DNA of 64,000 bases, taken from the NCBI GenBank assembly GCA_963665665.1, contig OY762428.1:3392001-3456000 (forward strand). Direction: 5' to 3'. Below, piece by piece: positions 1 to 10,373 of this stretch (positions are counted from its first letter, which is position 1; each line of letters begins with the position of its first letter). The position numbers were made by a program, and so were the translations under genes. Below the pieces are notes generated by a model. The model was not told the DNA's origin, ran no database searches, and was given only the letters and a program-made list of their open reading frames with translations. The DNA comes from Candidatus Kapaibacterium sp. GTDB taxonomy: Bacteria > Bacteroidota > Ignavibacteria > Kapaibacteriales > UBA2268.

Positions 1-178
1 AAGCTCCTTCAGAATGACATCGTTACTTGTTCTCCGCTGGCGTAGGAGCCCGAAGGACGGGATAAATAAGATTCCACCCCCGGCTTATCCCGGCGTGTCG
101 GAGCCAGTGGGGGACAGGCAGACATTAATTGAACCAATTCATATCGTTGGGTGAATGAAGAAAATTTATGATAGATAC

Positions 179-3100
179 CTACGCCGCCTCTTCTATGCTT
201 CTGTCAAGCCTGACGGAAACAACTTTTGATACGCCGTCTTCCTGCATGGTGATGCCGTAAAGCGTATCGGCTGATTCCATTGTTTTCTTGTTGTGTGTAA
301 CTATCAGGAACTGAGTGTTCCTGCTGAAATCCCTGATCATATTCAGGAAGCGTCCCAGGTTTGCATCGTCGAGCGGGGCATCCACCTCGTCGAGGATACA
401 GAACGGGCTGGGCTTAACAAGGTAAATGGCGAAAAGCAGGGCTATTGCAGTAAGTGTTTTTTCGCCGCTTGATATGCCTTCAATCGAGTGCGGTTTCTTG
501 CCCGGGGGCTTTGCCATAATTTTTATATCGGCTTCAAGCGGGTCGCCTTCCTCCAGTTTAATATCTCCCTCGCCGTCGCCTCCGAACAATGTTTTAAACA
601 GCTTATGGAAATTATTCCTTATCTCGTCGAATGTTTCGCGGAATTTTGCCTGGGCCGTCCTGTTTATTTCCTCAATAGTTTCGTTCAGGTTTTTCTCGGC
701 TTCTGTCAGGTCCTGCACCTGTGTCAGGTTGAACTGCAGGCGTTCAGATTCTGCGTCGAAATCCGCCAATGCTCTGTGGTTAACCGGGCCGATATTCTTC
801 AGCTTTTCATGAAGCTCGCGGACAATTTTCCTGCTTTCGTCTATCGAGAATTCCTCAAGAGGTTCAAAGCCGATGGTACAAAGCGTCTGCTCGTAAGTTT
901 CGGCGGCCCTTTCCTCCAGGCTTTGCATTTTGGTGCATACCTCGTTGAATTTTATATCTTTTTCGTGAAGGGCGTTTACTGTTTTTTCTCTTTCCTTGCG
1001 TTGCCTGTATAGTTCGCCTGTCATCTGTTCGGATTGCTCCTGCAGTCCGCTCAGGTTCTCGTAAAGATATTCGCTGCGGTTTTTAACTTCGTCGGCGCTT
1101 CTTTCAATAACAATCAGCTCTTCATGCAGCTTATCAATATTTTCGCCTATCTTTTCAATTTCGTGTCCGCCGCTTTTCAGTTCCGAGCTCTTCTGCGAGG
1201 CGTTTCTTTCCTGGCTTCTAATATTATTTTCCAGTCGGGACATATCGCGTTCCAGATTATCCCTTTCCGCCTTCACCCTGACGTAATTCAATTCAAACTC
1301 GCGTGCTTCCTCGTCTATTTCGGCAAGATTTTCCTCGGCGTTTTTTACTTCCTCAAGTTTATCAAGGAGGTTTTCGCGGACTTCCCTCAGCAGGTCTTCG
1401 GTCTTATCGGATTCCGCTTTGCCTGAGTCAATTTCCTGTTCAATGTCTGCCGCTTCGTCCTGAAGTTCTGCCGAGCTGTCCTCGATATCTTTTATTTTTG
1501 ATTCGAGCATTTCGCCGCGGTATTCCAGCTTGGATTTCCTGTTCTGATTATTATTCAGGGCTATTTCGGCATCCCTCACGGCAGCATTAAGCGCTGCAAG
1601 GTCTATTCCGTCAAATTCCGATTTTGTATCGCTGTAATTATCTTCGGATTTTTTAATATTATCTCTCAGGTCGGCAATGCTCTTCTTCAGGCTTTCAATT
1701 CTTTCAAGTTTACCTACGGTGATTGATTCCGGGTTAACAAGTGCGCCGCCCCTTACAGAACCGCCTGAGCGAACTACCTCGCCTGCAAGCGTTACTGCCG
1801 AAACTGCTTTTCCTTCATCGACTATTTTATAAGCAGCTTCCAGGTCGTCCACCAGGGCCATATCGCCGGTTATCGCCCTTACTGCATTCCTGAGTTTGTC
1901 ATCGCACCTGACAAGTTCGCTGATCCTGCCGTAAACGCTGTCATCATTATCAATTTCCGTGAATGGCTTGAATTCCGGGATATCGTCGCGGCAGATAAAT
2001 GTGGCCTTTCCCTTATTCTTTTCTGCAAGCAGGTTGAAAGCAGCCTGAGCGTGCTCCCTGCTATCGACAACAAAGTAGCGAACCGCTTCGCCGAGCGCGG
2101 CGTCAACGGCTACAAGGAATTTATCATCGGCTCCGACAGCTTCGGCAAGCTGTGTTTTTTCGCCATCGAATTGCCAGTTCTTATCGTCAAGCAGGAATTT
2201 TGAACTCTCGGCGGAATCCACCAGGCCTGAAACAAAATCAAGCGTAGCCTGCTTTTGCGATAGGTCGTTCTTATGATCAAGAATTTTTCGGCTTATCCTG
2301 TCCATGTCATTCTGTAATGACTTTTTCTTCTCCCGCCCGAGATTGAGTTCACTTTCGGCTTCTTTCTGATTTTCAGCAAGTTCGTCGGCTTCTTCGATCA
2401 CATCTTCAATGTCGGAATTTATCTCGTCAATCTGGCTTCGGATATTTGAAACTTCTTCCTGTGAGCCGTAAATTTTCTTTTCAAGCTGCTGCTTCCTGTC
2501 CTGGCTTTTGCGTATGGAATTATTTATTGATTTCAGGTTGCTGTCTAAGTTTACCACTTTGCTGTTTAGTTCGTTTGCCTGATCGCGAAGATTTTTCACC
2601 ATCCGCTGAATTTCCTCCCTGCCGGATTTTTTGCTTTCAAGCAGATCGGCTGCTTTTTCCAGTTCAAGCGAAAGTTCGTTCATTCGCGAAGACGATTCTT
2701 TCACCTGGCGGCTCATGCGGACAACAGCCTCTTCGGCGTCTTTAATTTCTCTTTCCAGTCTTTCCCTGTTGGAGTTCAGCGCGGCTATCCTTTCGGAACT
2801 GACAGCAATGTCCTTCTGCTTCCTGCTGATTGTATCGGACAGTTCAGCTTCCCGGTTACGGGCTTTCTGGTAATCGTCGTTAATTTTATTTCTTTTCTCG
2901 TTAATATCTTTCAGCGATGATTCAAGCTCGTTGATGCCATTTTCAATCTTTTCTCTTTCATTCATCAGATCAGACATCAGGTCTTCAAGATTTTCACGGA
3001 CAAGGCTGAAATGATGATGCTCGTGGTTGATAAGGGCAACTTCGGTATCGCGTAGTTCAAGGTGAAGTTTATTATATCTCCTTGTTTTCGCAGCCTGGCG

Positions 3101-3718
3101 TTTCAGCGAGTTAACGTTTTTCTCTATTTCAGCCACAAGGTCGCGCACGCGGGTAAGGTTTTCCTCCACCTGGTTAAGTTTCCTTATAGCTTCACGGCGG
3201 CGAATCTTATATTTATTAACTCCGGCGGCTTCCTCGAAGAGATGCCTTCTTTCGTCCACCTTGCCGCTCAGGATGGCTTCCACCATTTTCAGCTCGATAA
3301 CGGAATAGGAATCCGGGCCAAGGCCGGTATCCATGAAAAGTTCCGTAATATCGCGGAGCCTGCATTTTGCTTTGTTCAGCAGGTATTGGCTGTCGCCGTT
3401 GCGGAACAGGCGTCGGGCAATGTTCACCTCGTTGTATTCAGTCGGGAGTATTCCCTTGTTATTCCTGATGGTCATGTTCACTTCGGCAAAGCCGAGAGGT
3501 TTTCTTAGCCGGGAACCGTTGAAGATAACATTTTCCATGTTGTCCGAGCGAAGCACCGAGGACTTCTGCTCGCCCAGCACCCAGCGAATAGCATCCACCA
3601 CGTTGGATTTTCCGCAGCCGTTGGGCCCTACAACCCCGGAAACGCCTCCGGAGAAATCAAATTTGGTTTTCTGGGCAAAGGATTTGAATCCCGTTATTTC
3701 TATTCTTGAAAGATACAT
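179..3718 (-). CDS. smc: chromosome segregation protein SMC
   Basis: 1179 aa; Walker A GPNGCGKSN, long coiled coils, hinge region, signature SSGEKT, Walker B/D-loop CILDEVDAPLD. Confidence 0.97.
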   Translation of the reverse strand: MYLSRIEITGFKSFAQKTKFDFSGGVSGVVGPNGCGKSNVVDAIRWVLGEQKSSVLRSDNMENVIFNGSRLRKPLGFAEVNMTIRNNKGILPTEYNEVNIARRLFRNGDSQYLLNKAKCRLRDITELFMDTGLGPDSYSVIELKMVEAILSGKVDERRHLFEEAAGVNKYKIRRREAIRKLNQVEENLTRVRDLVAEIEKNVNSLKRQAAKTRRYNKLHLELRDTEVALINHEHHHFSLVRENLEDLMSDLMNEREKIENGINELESSLKDINEKRNKINDDYQKARNREAELSDTISRKQKDIAVSSERIAALNSNRERLEREIKDAEEAVVRMSRQVKESSSRMNELSLELEKAADLLESKKSGREEIQRMVKNLRDQANELNSKVVNLDSNLKSINNSIRKSQDRKQQLEKKIYGSQEEVSNIRSQIDEINSDIEDVIEEADELAENQKEAESELNLGREKKKSLQNDMDRISRKILDHKNDLSQKQATLDFVSGLVDSAESSKFLLDDKNWQFDGEKTQLAEAVGADDKFLVAVDAALGEAVRYFVVDSREHAQAAFNLLAEKNKGKATFICRDDIPEFKPFTEIDNDDSVYGRISELVRCDDKLRNAVRAITGDMALVDDLEAAYKIVDEGKAVSAVTLAGEVVRSGGSVRGGALVNPESITVGKLERIESLKKSIADLRDNIKKSEDNYSDTKSEFDGIDLAALNAAVRDAEIALNNNQNRKSKLEYRGEMLESKIKDIEDSSAELQDEAADIEQEIDSGKAESDKTEDLLREVRENLLDKLEEVKNAEENLAEIDEEAREFELNYVRVKAERDNLERDMSRLENNIRSQERNASQKSSELKSGGHEIEKIGENIDKLHEELIVIERSADEVKNRSEYLYENLSGLQEQSEQMTGELYRQRKEREKTVNALHEKDIKFNEVCTKMQSLEERAAETYEQTLCTIGFEPLEEFSIDESRKIVRELHEKLKNIGPVNHRALADFDAESERLQFNLTQVQDLTEAEKNLNETIEEINRTAQAKFRETFDEIRNNFHKLFKTLFGGDGEGDIKLEEGDPLEADIKIMAKPPGKKPHSIEGISSGEKTLTAIALLFAIYLVKPSPFCILDEVDAPLDDANLGRFLNMIRDFSRNTQFLIVTHNKKTMESADTLYGITMQEDGVSKVVSVRLDRSIEEAA

Positions 3719-3941
3719 CTATATTTTACCAAAATTCTTTTTTGTCATTTTATCGAACTACAAAAATAATAAAATAAGCTGCAAAGTTTTGCACATGAAA
3801 TGCTATTTTATGCACAAAGTTTTTCTTCTTGAAGCGAAGGGGCATGATTCATAATACTGCTTACATTTGTTGACTTTCAGCCGTTTATATTTTGTGTGGT
3901 AAATTGAAACAAAGTTTGTAATATTCCTTAAGATTACAAAA

Positions 3942-4070
3942 TTGGAAATGAGAAGGAAAAATCATTCCTTGCCTGTATCCGGTTGGCTGTAAAGTTTGCG
4001 AAGGAACCCGATATATTTCTGATAAATCGGAACAAACTAAGACAGGCAGTGGATAGGATATAATTTCTAA
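3942..4070. ncRNA. candidate structured non-coding RNA (rod-like hairpin), family unassigned
   Basis: Nested complementary segments: 3942-3949/4063-4070, 3970-3976/4042-4048, 3993-3998/4033-4038, 4008-4012/4026-4030, in the smc upstream intergenic region. Confidence 0.3.
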
Positions 4071-4184
4071 ACTCCTTACCCCGGAACGAAAAAACAATAA
4101 GTTAGAAAAACAACGCTTTAAATTAATATGTCGCGTTATTTATAATTGTTTCCATATCAATAAATCTGAACAATAAAATATACT

Positions 4185-4300
4185 TATGCCTGACCTCCAC
4201 AAACCATTCCGAATGAGAGACTTACTTCAAAGCCCTCCCCGCTGGGGAGAAGCGGCCCCTTACGAGGATTCCACACTGTGTGTTGTGATGGGTCTGAAAC
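4185..4300. repeat. dispersed palindromic (REP/MITE-like) element, inverted copy of the element at ~40260-40360
   Basis: cctgacctcc-caaacc..tccgaa.gag...aaagcc..ccc..ggggag...ttccacac..gtgt...gggtc matches the reverse complement of 40260-40360. Confidence 0.6.
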
Positions 4301-4363
4301 TGAATTGGAATATTCAAAACTAAGACTTTTAAAAATTACGTAAATTAAGGTTGTCAGAAACTA

Positions 4364-5482
4364 TTATTGCGACAATCCCCTCGCGGCTATTTTATATTTT
4401 TCAACAAGCTGTTCATTATCAACAATGTGCAAATAATCATATAGATTAACTACAGTGCAGGCATGGTTGGGAATAATTCTTACTCTCTCGCCAATTTGAA
4501 AGTTACACCCTTTATATAGTATTATCCCGTGCTCTTCCGAAAGACGGGCTATTACTGCACCTTTTTTGCCGATAATGTAGCCGTGCCCTTTATAGTCTGT
4601 ATTCTCTGTTTTTGGTGTTGAGTCAAGGTTCAGAGCTTTATTTCCTGCATCAATCACTGCGCGTCCCGGTTCAGGAACCGATACAACAGTTGCCATAACA
4701 GTCAGGGCACATTGGTCAATAGAGCTGGTAGCAAGAGCTACCTGTGTCATATCCCTGAATACATAATTGCCGGCACGTAGTTCCGAGAGTTGTCCTGATT
4801 CAGCCACAAATTGAGAACCCGGCGTTGAACCAATGCTTACTTCTTCGGGTTTAACCCCATTTGCTTTAAGAAAATCCGTTATTTCCCTGATAAAATTGCT
4901 TTCATGATTAGTTATATCCCTGATCTCATTTATATTCGGAGCAGTATATGCCTGGCCGCCATGAGTAAGAAGTCCCCGAAAGTTTACGGATTTATTTTCC
5001 TGTGAAAATTTTGCCAGATCGAGAATTTTGTCTTTATCAAAACAGCCCGTCCTATGATACCCGGTATCAACTTTTATCATGTAATCAATGTTTGAACAAG
5101 TAAATGATTCGGCAAGCATTTTGAGTGATGCCCGGGAATCTATACAAACAGCAAGTTTGTCAACTTTCTTACGCAGATTTTTCAGTCTTTCCAACTTGAG
5201 CTTCCCGACAATAATATTTGCTACGAGTATATCTGTGAAACCATGCGAAGCCATAAGATCAGCCTCGCCTATCTTCGCACAGCATATACCTTTTGCTCCG
5301 GCATTTTTTTGTAGCAGGGCTATTTCAGGTGTTTTGTGTGTTTTTATATGTGGCCTCAGGCTGATGTTGTTGCTATCCGCAAGTTTCTGCATTCTGATTA
5401 TATTATTTTTTAATATTTTCTTTTCAACGAGAAGCGCCGGGGTGTCAATATTTGCAAAGTCTGTATATATTCTGTCTTTCAT
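4364..5482 (-). CDS. PLP-dependent fold-type III enzyme (DSD1/D-threonine aldolase-like, alanine racemase family)
   Basis: DTPALLV, RPHIKTHK PLP-lysine motif, ELRAGNYVF, LSEEHG, IPNHAC. Confidence 0.88.
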   Translation of the reverse strand: MKDRIYTDFANIDTPALLVEKKILKNNIIRMQKLADSNNISLRPHIKTHKTPEIALLQKNAGAKGICCAKIGEADLMASHGFTDILVANIIVGKLKLERLKNLRKKVDKLAVCIDSRASLKMLAESFTCSNIDYMIKVDTGYHRTGCFDKDKILDLAKFSQENKSVNFRGLLTHGGQAYTAPNINEIRDITNHESNFIREITDFLKANGVKPEEVSIGSTPGSQFVAESGQLSELRAGNYVFRDMTQVALATSSIDQCALTVMATVVSVPEPGRAVIDAGNKALNLDSTPKTENTDYKGHGYIIGKKGAVIARLSEEHGIILYKGCNFQIGERVRIIPNHACTVVNLYDYLHIVDNEQLVEKYKIAARGLSQ

Positions 5483-5632
5483 GTTTTTTCCGGAATAATA
5501 TTTATAAATAAAAGATAAATTTTTAGGAAAAACAGCCGAATAGTATTTTATGATACGCTGTTTGAAAAATAAATTTCAGAAATTATTTACTGAAATCACT
5601 CGGATATTAAATTAATTTATTTATCTTGCATT

Positions 5633-6229
5633 ATGAAATATTTTTTGGGAATAATGGGTTTGTTGATTTTCATTTCCGCCTGTACGCCGGTAAGATATAA
5701 GGTATTCAACAAATCAAAAAAAAGCGGGGTAATGATAATTGATACTGCTGCTGTAAATGAAGATAATAATTCCGGCTATCATGATCCGTATAAAGATTAT
5801 CGCTACACCGATACCACATACATTGATGTTGAAGCCAATAAAGCTCTGTTGCCACTTGGGGTTCAGGGCCAGTTCGAACAGGCTCTAAGGCAATTCGACG
5901 AGGAAAACTATGAAGAATCCTGCCAGGTTTTCCGTCAGCTTTCCACTACCATCAACCCGGATGATTCACTTTATTTCGAATCTTTTTTCTATTGTGCGGA
6001 ATGCAGGATACTTGATGACAAATTAGAAAAAGCCGAAGAAATTCTTACTGATCTGATCAGCAACCAGAAAACACCCGAAGCTGTTATCGAACGCTGCCTT
6101 GTCAGGCTTGGCCAGATATATTGCGTTACCGAAAGAAAAAAGCAGGCATACGCCCTTTTCGACCGTTTGAAAAAAGAATATCCCAACTCCATTTATATAA
6201 AGATTGCTAATTGCGATGTTGTTAATTAA
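5633..6229 (+). CDS. TPR-repeat lipoprotein
   Basis: Lipobox ISAC; TPR-like helices ending LKKEYPNS (CpoB/BamD-like pattern). Confidence 0.7.
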   Translation: MKYFLGIMGLLIFISACTPVRYKVFNKSKKSGVMIIDTAAVNEDNNSGYHDPYKDYRYTDTTYIDVEANKALLPLGVQGQFEQALRQFDEENYEESCQVFRQLSTTINPDDSLYFESFFYCAECRILDDKLEKAEEILTDLISNQKTPEAVIERCLVRLGQIYCVTERKKQAYALFDRLKKEYPNSIYIKIANCDVVN

Positions 6230-6377
6230 TTTAACAAATATTGATAACTTTGATAATTTATAATTGCTATCTGTAATCAGAAAAATCAAACAACTGTCAG
6301 GCAAACAAACAGAATTACATTCAAACCTTAAGAATTAGTTTTTAATACAAAAGTATTCCCGAAACCGAGTGATCGCT

Positions 6378-7442
6378 ATGAATACTACAAATGCAAAAAT
6401 AATTTTCACAAGTGGTACCGGCAACTCATGGAAAGCAGCACAATGGGCATCAGATGTTATTTCTTCATACAATATAAACTGTACTATCAGCTCATGCGAA
6501 AAAACTCCTGTTGCAGAACTAAAACCCGCCCCGGATCATATTATTGGGTTTGTATCTCCTACTCATGGATTTACCCTTCCCTGGCACATGCTGAAGTACC
6601 TGCTATCACTACCGGCCGGGAATGGAGCAAAAGCTTTTGTAATAGCTACCAGGGGCAGCCTGAGAGTATTTGGAAGGAACCTGCCGGGTATCAGCGGTTC
6701 TCTCACATTTCTTGCAGCACTAATTTTATTGATAAAACGCTGGAAAGTTGTCGGGCTGGAAAGTATAAACATGCCGTCAAACTGGTATTCATTGCACCCT
6801 CCCCAGTCAAGAAAATCACATGAAAATATTATTACCCGGTCAGAAACAAAAGTAGAATATTTCGTACAAAAATTAATAAACGGTAAAAAAGTATTCTTTT
6901 CTTTGAACAATTTATATGAATTCTTCTGGGCTTTTGTACTATTACCAATTTCAATATTATACCTGCTTGTCGGGCGTTTCTTCCTTGCCAAGCTTTTTTT
7001 TGCCAATAGTCGTTGCGATTCGTGCGGAGCCTGTGCTGAAAACTGTCCGATTTCAGCGATACAAATAATTAAAGGCAGGCCCTACTGGAAATACAACTGT
7101 GAATCATGTATGCGTTGCGCGGCAATATGCCCGAAAAATGCTGTTGAAGCAGGCCACTCCCTCGGAGTAATCCTTTACTTTATATGCAGTATTCCAATTT
7201 CAACATGGTTGTTTTCACTTCCGGGAGGCACACTTGTTTCACTTGATTTTCATGGTTCGATTACCGGGCAGATAATAAACACATTGTATTTCTATCCGGC
7301 AGTTTTTTTCACTTATTTTATCTTCACGAAACTTATCAGAATTAAAATTGTGAACAAGTTTTTCACCTATACAACATTCACACATATTTGGGGTAGATAC
7401 TTTCTGCCGGGGCTAAAAAAAGGCAGCCTGAATAAAAAATAA
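6378..7442 (+). CDS. EFR1-family flavodoxin-ferredoxin fusion with membrane segments
   Basis: FTSGTGNS flavodoxin loop; CDSCGACAENCP and CESCMRCAAICP 4Fe-4S motifs; hydrophobic helices. Confidence 0.85.
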   Translation: MNTTNAKIIFTSGTGNSWKAAQWASDVISSYNINCTISSCEKTPVAELKPAPDHIIGFVSPTHGFTLPWHMLKYLLSLPAGNGAKAFVIATRGSLRVFGRNLPGISGSLTFLAALILLIKRWKVVGLESINMPSNWYSLHPPQSRKSHENIITRSETKVEYFVQKLINGKKVFFSLNNLYEFFWAFVLLPISILYLLVGRFFLAKLFFANSRCDSCGACAENCPISAIQIIKGRPYWKYNCESCMRCAAICPKNAVEAGHSLGVILYFICSIPISTWLFSLPGGTLVSLDFHGSITGQIINTLYFYPAVFFTYFIFTKLIRIKIVNKFFTYTTFTHIWGRYFLPGLKKGSLNKK

Positions 7443-7466
7443 AAAAAACAAACAACTAAATGATCA

Positions 7467-8264
7467 CTACTCGTACTTGTAAACATTATACAGAGAATCC
7501 AGTTCTGTTTTTTCCAGAATTCTGTTATAAAGCCTCACATCATCAATACATCCGTTGAATCCGTGATACAAATCATTTCCATATTTTATACCACCGATAA
7601 TCCCTTTTACCGGAGTTTGAATCCTCGGGTTACGCCCGATATCAACATTTGAGTTATTAATTTCAGCATAAGTATAATCATTGGAATATTTGATAACATA
7701 AAATTTCCACTCTGGCTGATCTAATTGTTCATACAGGCTTTGCAGTGGTACTATTCCGGCAGTATCCGCACCAACAGCAAAATTAATATATTGAATATTT
7801 GACTGTGTTATCCAGTAATCATTATGCCGTATAATTCCCATCCATCCTGAATAAAAATCACCATAGAAGAAATAACCCGCATTATCATTAGTACCAGGGC
7901 CATAATCTTTTACCCACATGGTAAGAGTAAATTCCCTGAGTGAATCAAATGAGATTTCAGGTAATTCAATAAACTGCGGATTTATCCCGTCAGCATCTAA
8001 TTCAACACATAATCCATGAATTCCCTTAATAAAATCAGGATTATTTTTAACATTTGCAGTGTTGCCGTTGCCGCTTCTGTCGGTTCCCGTTTTATCATTA
8101 AAATCCCAGTAAGCTACCAGATTATCACGAACAACACCTGACTCTTCGAAGTTTTCAGGTGTCTTGTCTGTTTTTTTCACATTTTCCTCGATACCAAGAG
8201 GACTTTTACAGGAAAGAAAAAAAAGGAAGACTAAAAGAACTGATGCGGGACAATATTTTTTCAT
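7467..8264 (-). CDS. LamG/concanavalin A-like domain lipoprotein
   Basis: Lipobox FLSC; LVAYWDFN..DRSGNGN and FNGCIDDVRLYNRIL LamG motifs. Confidence 0.8.
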   Translation of the reverse strand: MKKYCPASVLLVFLFFLSCKSPLGIEENVKKTDKTPENFEESGVVRDNLVAYWDFNDKTGTDRSGNGNTANVKNNPDFIKGIHGLCVELDADGINPQFIELPEISFDSLREFTLTMWVKDYGPGTNDNAGYFFYGDFYSGWMGIIRHNDYWITQSNIQYINFAVGADTAGIVPLQSLYEQLDQPEWKFYVIKYSNDYTYAEINNSNVDIGRNPRIQTPVKGIIGGIKYGNDLYHGFNGCIDDVRLYNRILEKTELDSLYNVYKYE

Positions 8265-8272
8265 TGAATAAC

Positions 8273-9574
8273 CTATAATTTAAAATTAACACCGGAATTC
8301 AAACTGATTTTTCCTGAATTATAATTCCTGCCCTGATGACTATAATACATTGAATTGTATTGAGCTCCAAAAACAAAATTGATACCGCTTACCGGACTGT
8401 AATAAAAACCAGCCTGCAATCTTCCCACAAAACCAATTGAATTTCCTCCAACGGAAAGTTCTGCAAAAGGATTAAAATTGTAATATTTCTTAGTAAAGTA
8501 TCTAAAATTTAAATCGTAAGTAGTAAAATTTGGTTGTTGCTCATAATCGAATTCCCTGTTATCCTCGCTACCAGCGAATTTTTGATAAAAATTCTCCCTG
8601 CGAATATCCAGTCCCAGATGAAACCTGTCATAAACAGGATAAAAAATAGCAAAACTGAAATTATTAAAAAGCTGCTCCTGTGCCGGCCAGATTGTTTCAT
8701 TATTCAAGTCCCAGTCCTGGATAACTTTAACTTCGAGTGAAAGTGGTATTCCGATTTTAATATTATTTATCGGGTAATCATAGCCCAAAGGCTCCGGCAT
8801 ATTAATATCATCAGTAACTGCCGGCTTGATAACAGGAGCTATCCTTGACACATTTATATTATTTTTGCGTAATATGATATCTGCAGGACTGGAATTGCCT
8901 GGTTTATAATTTAATGTTGAATTTTCTGCAATTCTTATGATATTATCATCTTCTGAAGAATGTGTAGTATTTGATTCATATAAGCTTTCATTAATAACCG
9001 AATTTTGAGAATTGGCAGTAATCTCATTCCTGCTTTCTGAAGTCGAGCTTATAACGGGAATTTGATTCTGATTGTAATTCCCCCGATTTCCGGAAATATT
9101 ATCCTGGCTATGCTCGCTTTCAAAATTATTCAGAGAAGTCTGCTTTTCCCGGCTTACATGATTCCTGGTTGAATTTTGAACAGCCTGAGGCATGTTGCCG
9201 GCAGTGTCACTATCCGGTGAAAACAAAACAAATGATGATACAGTCAGGATAGTAGCAACAGCTCCGCCGGTCAGGGCCTGAGTATAATTCCCGAGCCAGG
9301 TAAGTATTTTCTGCCAAAAAGTTGTGCCGATAACACCTGCGGTTGCGGCAGCCCCCGGTATGGCCATACCGGCAGTAGCGAAAATTGAAGTTTTAATCCC
9401 CGGGGAAGGAGTAAATATATCCCTGTTGGCACTAACAGCCGCTTTCATTTCAACAAGATTACGCATTTGCTCTCTAAGTTCCTGATCTGATGACAATGCC
9501 ATAAAAAGCGGTTGCTCCAGTTCAGTTTTCAGAGAACCATCAAGGTAATCGTTTATCATTTCAAAATAATTCAT
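8273..9574 (-). CDS. putative anti-sigma factor with N-terminal anti-sigma-like domain, TM helix, disordered linker and C-terminal outer-membrane beta-barrel
   Basis: Directly downstream of an ECF sigma; N-term INDYLDGSL; one TM; N/S-rich linker; amphipathic beta strands ending GVNFKL. Confidence 0.65.
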   Translation of the reverse strand: MNYFEMINDYLDGSLKTELEQPLFMALSSDQELREQMRNLVEMKAAVSANRDIFTPSPGIKTSIFATAGMAIPGAAATAGVIGTTFWQKILTWLGNYTQALTGGAVATILTVSSFVLFSPDSDTAGNMPQAVQNSTRNHVSREKQTSLNNFESEHSQDNISGNRGNYNQNQIPVISSTSESRNEITANSQNSVINESLYESNTTHSSEDDNIIRIAENSTLNYKPGNSSPADIILRKNNINVSRIAPVIKPAVTDDINMPEPLGYDYPINNIKIGIPLSLEVKVIQDWDLNNETIWPAQEQLFNNFSFAIFYPVYDRFHLGLDIRRENFYQKFAGSEDNREFDYEQQPNFTTYDLNFRYFTKKYYNFNPFAELSVGGNSIGFVGRLQAGFYYSPVSGINFVFGAQYNSMYYSHQGRNYNSGKISLNSGVNFKL

Positions 9575-9597
9575 ATCAGCTTACCAGTAATTTGTCC

Positions 9598-10167
9598 CTA
9601 AACATTTTCGGCGATATCTTTAAGATAGGGAGACAGTATATCAATAATTTTTTTTCTTGCCCTTGTCACTCTAAGTTTGGCATTAGGAAGAGAGATCGAG
9701 GCTTCTTTAGCAATTTCTTTATATCTCATTCCCTTAAATTCCCTCATAATGAAAGCCTCCCTGTATATTGGGTCAAGAAGGTCCACAGTACTTATCAGCA
9801 ATTCAAGCAGTTCCTGTTTTTCGTAGGAATCCGAATTGCCGTTTGTAAGATGAGTTTCTTCAACAGGAATATTATGTTTTTTATTACGCACATAGTTAAA
9901 GCAGAGATTTTTTGCAATAGTAACCAGGAAACCCGGAATATTCGAACATTCCCGCTTAGTATCTACTTTTTTAAGAAAACGAATAAAGGTTTCCTGAAAG
10001 ATATCATCCACCACATCCCTGTTTTTAACAATACAGCAGCAATAAGCGTGAACCATCTGAGAATATCTCTCATATATCTCATTGAATGCCAATTCCCTTT
10101 TTTTCTTCGGGCCTTTTAGCAAACCGACGAGTTGTTCATCCGAATATGTTCCAAAATTATTTTTCAT
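9598..10167 (-). CDS. ECF RNA polymerase sigma factor
   Basis: AFNEIYERY, DDIFQETFIRF, FLVTIAKNLC (region 2); REAFIMREFKGMRYKEIA (region 4). Confidence 0.93.
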   Translation of the reverse strand: MKNNFGTYSDEQLVGLLKGPKKKRELAFNEIYERYSQMVHAYCCCIVKNRDVVDDIFQETFIRFLKKVDTKRECSNIPGFLVTIAKNLCFNYVRNKKHNIPVEETHLTNGNSDSYEKQELLELLISTVDLLDPIYREAFIMREFKGMRYKEIAKEASISLPNAKLRVTRARKKIIDILSPYLKDIAENV

Positions 10168-10205
10168 CTACTCAATTTTCATTTTCATCCTTCATCTTAG
10201 AATAA

Positions 10206-10231
10206 TTACACCTGTAATCAAAAAAAGATAC
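10206..10231 (-). promoter_or_regulatory. putative autoregulatory ECF promoter (copy 1)
   Basis: Minus strand GTATCTTTTTTTGATTACAGGTGTAA, ~40 nt upstream of the sigma start; similar to the motif at 17163-17188. Confidence 0.4.
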
Positions 10232-10373
10232 AAGTATTAAACATTTTTAGCATTGAACCGTTATTAAATAATAAATTATGTAATTTATATTAAAATTTAT
10301 TGTGTAATTTTGGTTTATTGAAAATTAATTATTTGAATTTTTTGTTTCACATTCAGAAGGGCTTGTCCGGTAT

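Noticed and set aside
426-3854. Multiple plus-strand ORFs within smc, and similar short antisense ORFs across the window
   Set aside because: Antisense or alternate-frame shadows of well-supported genes.
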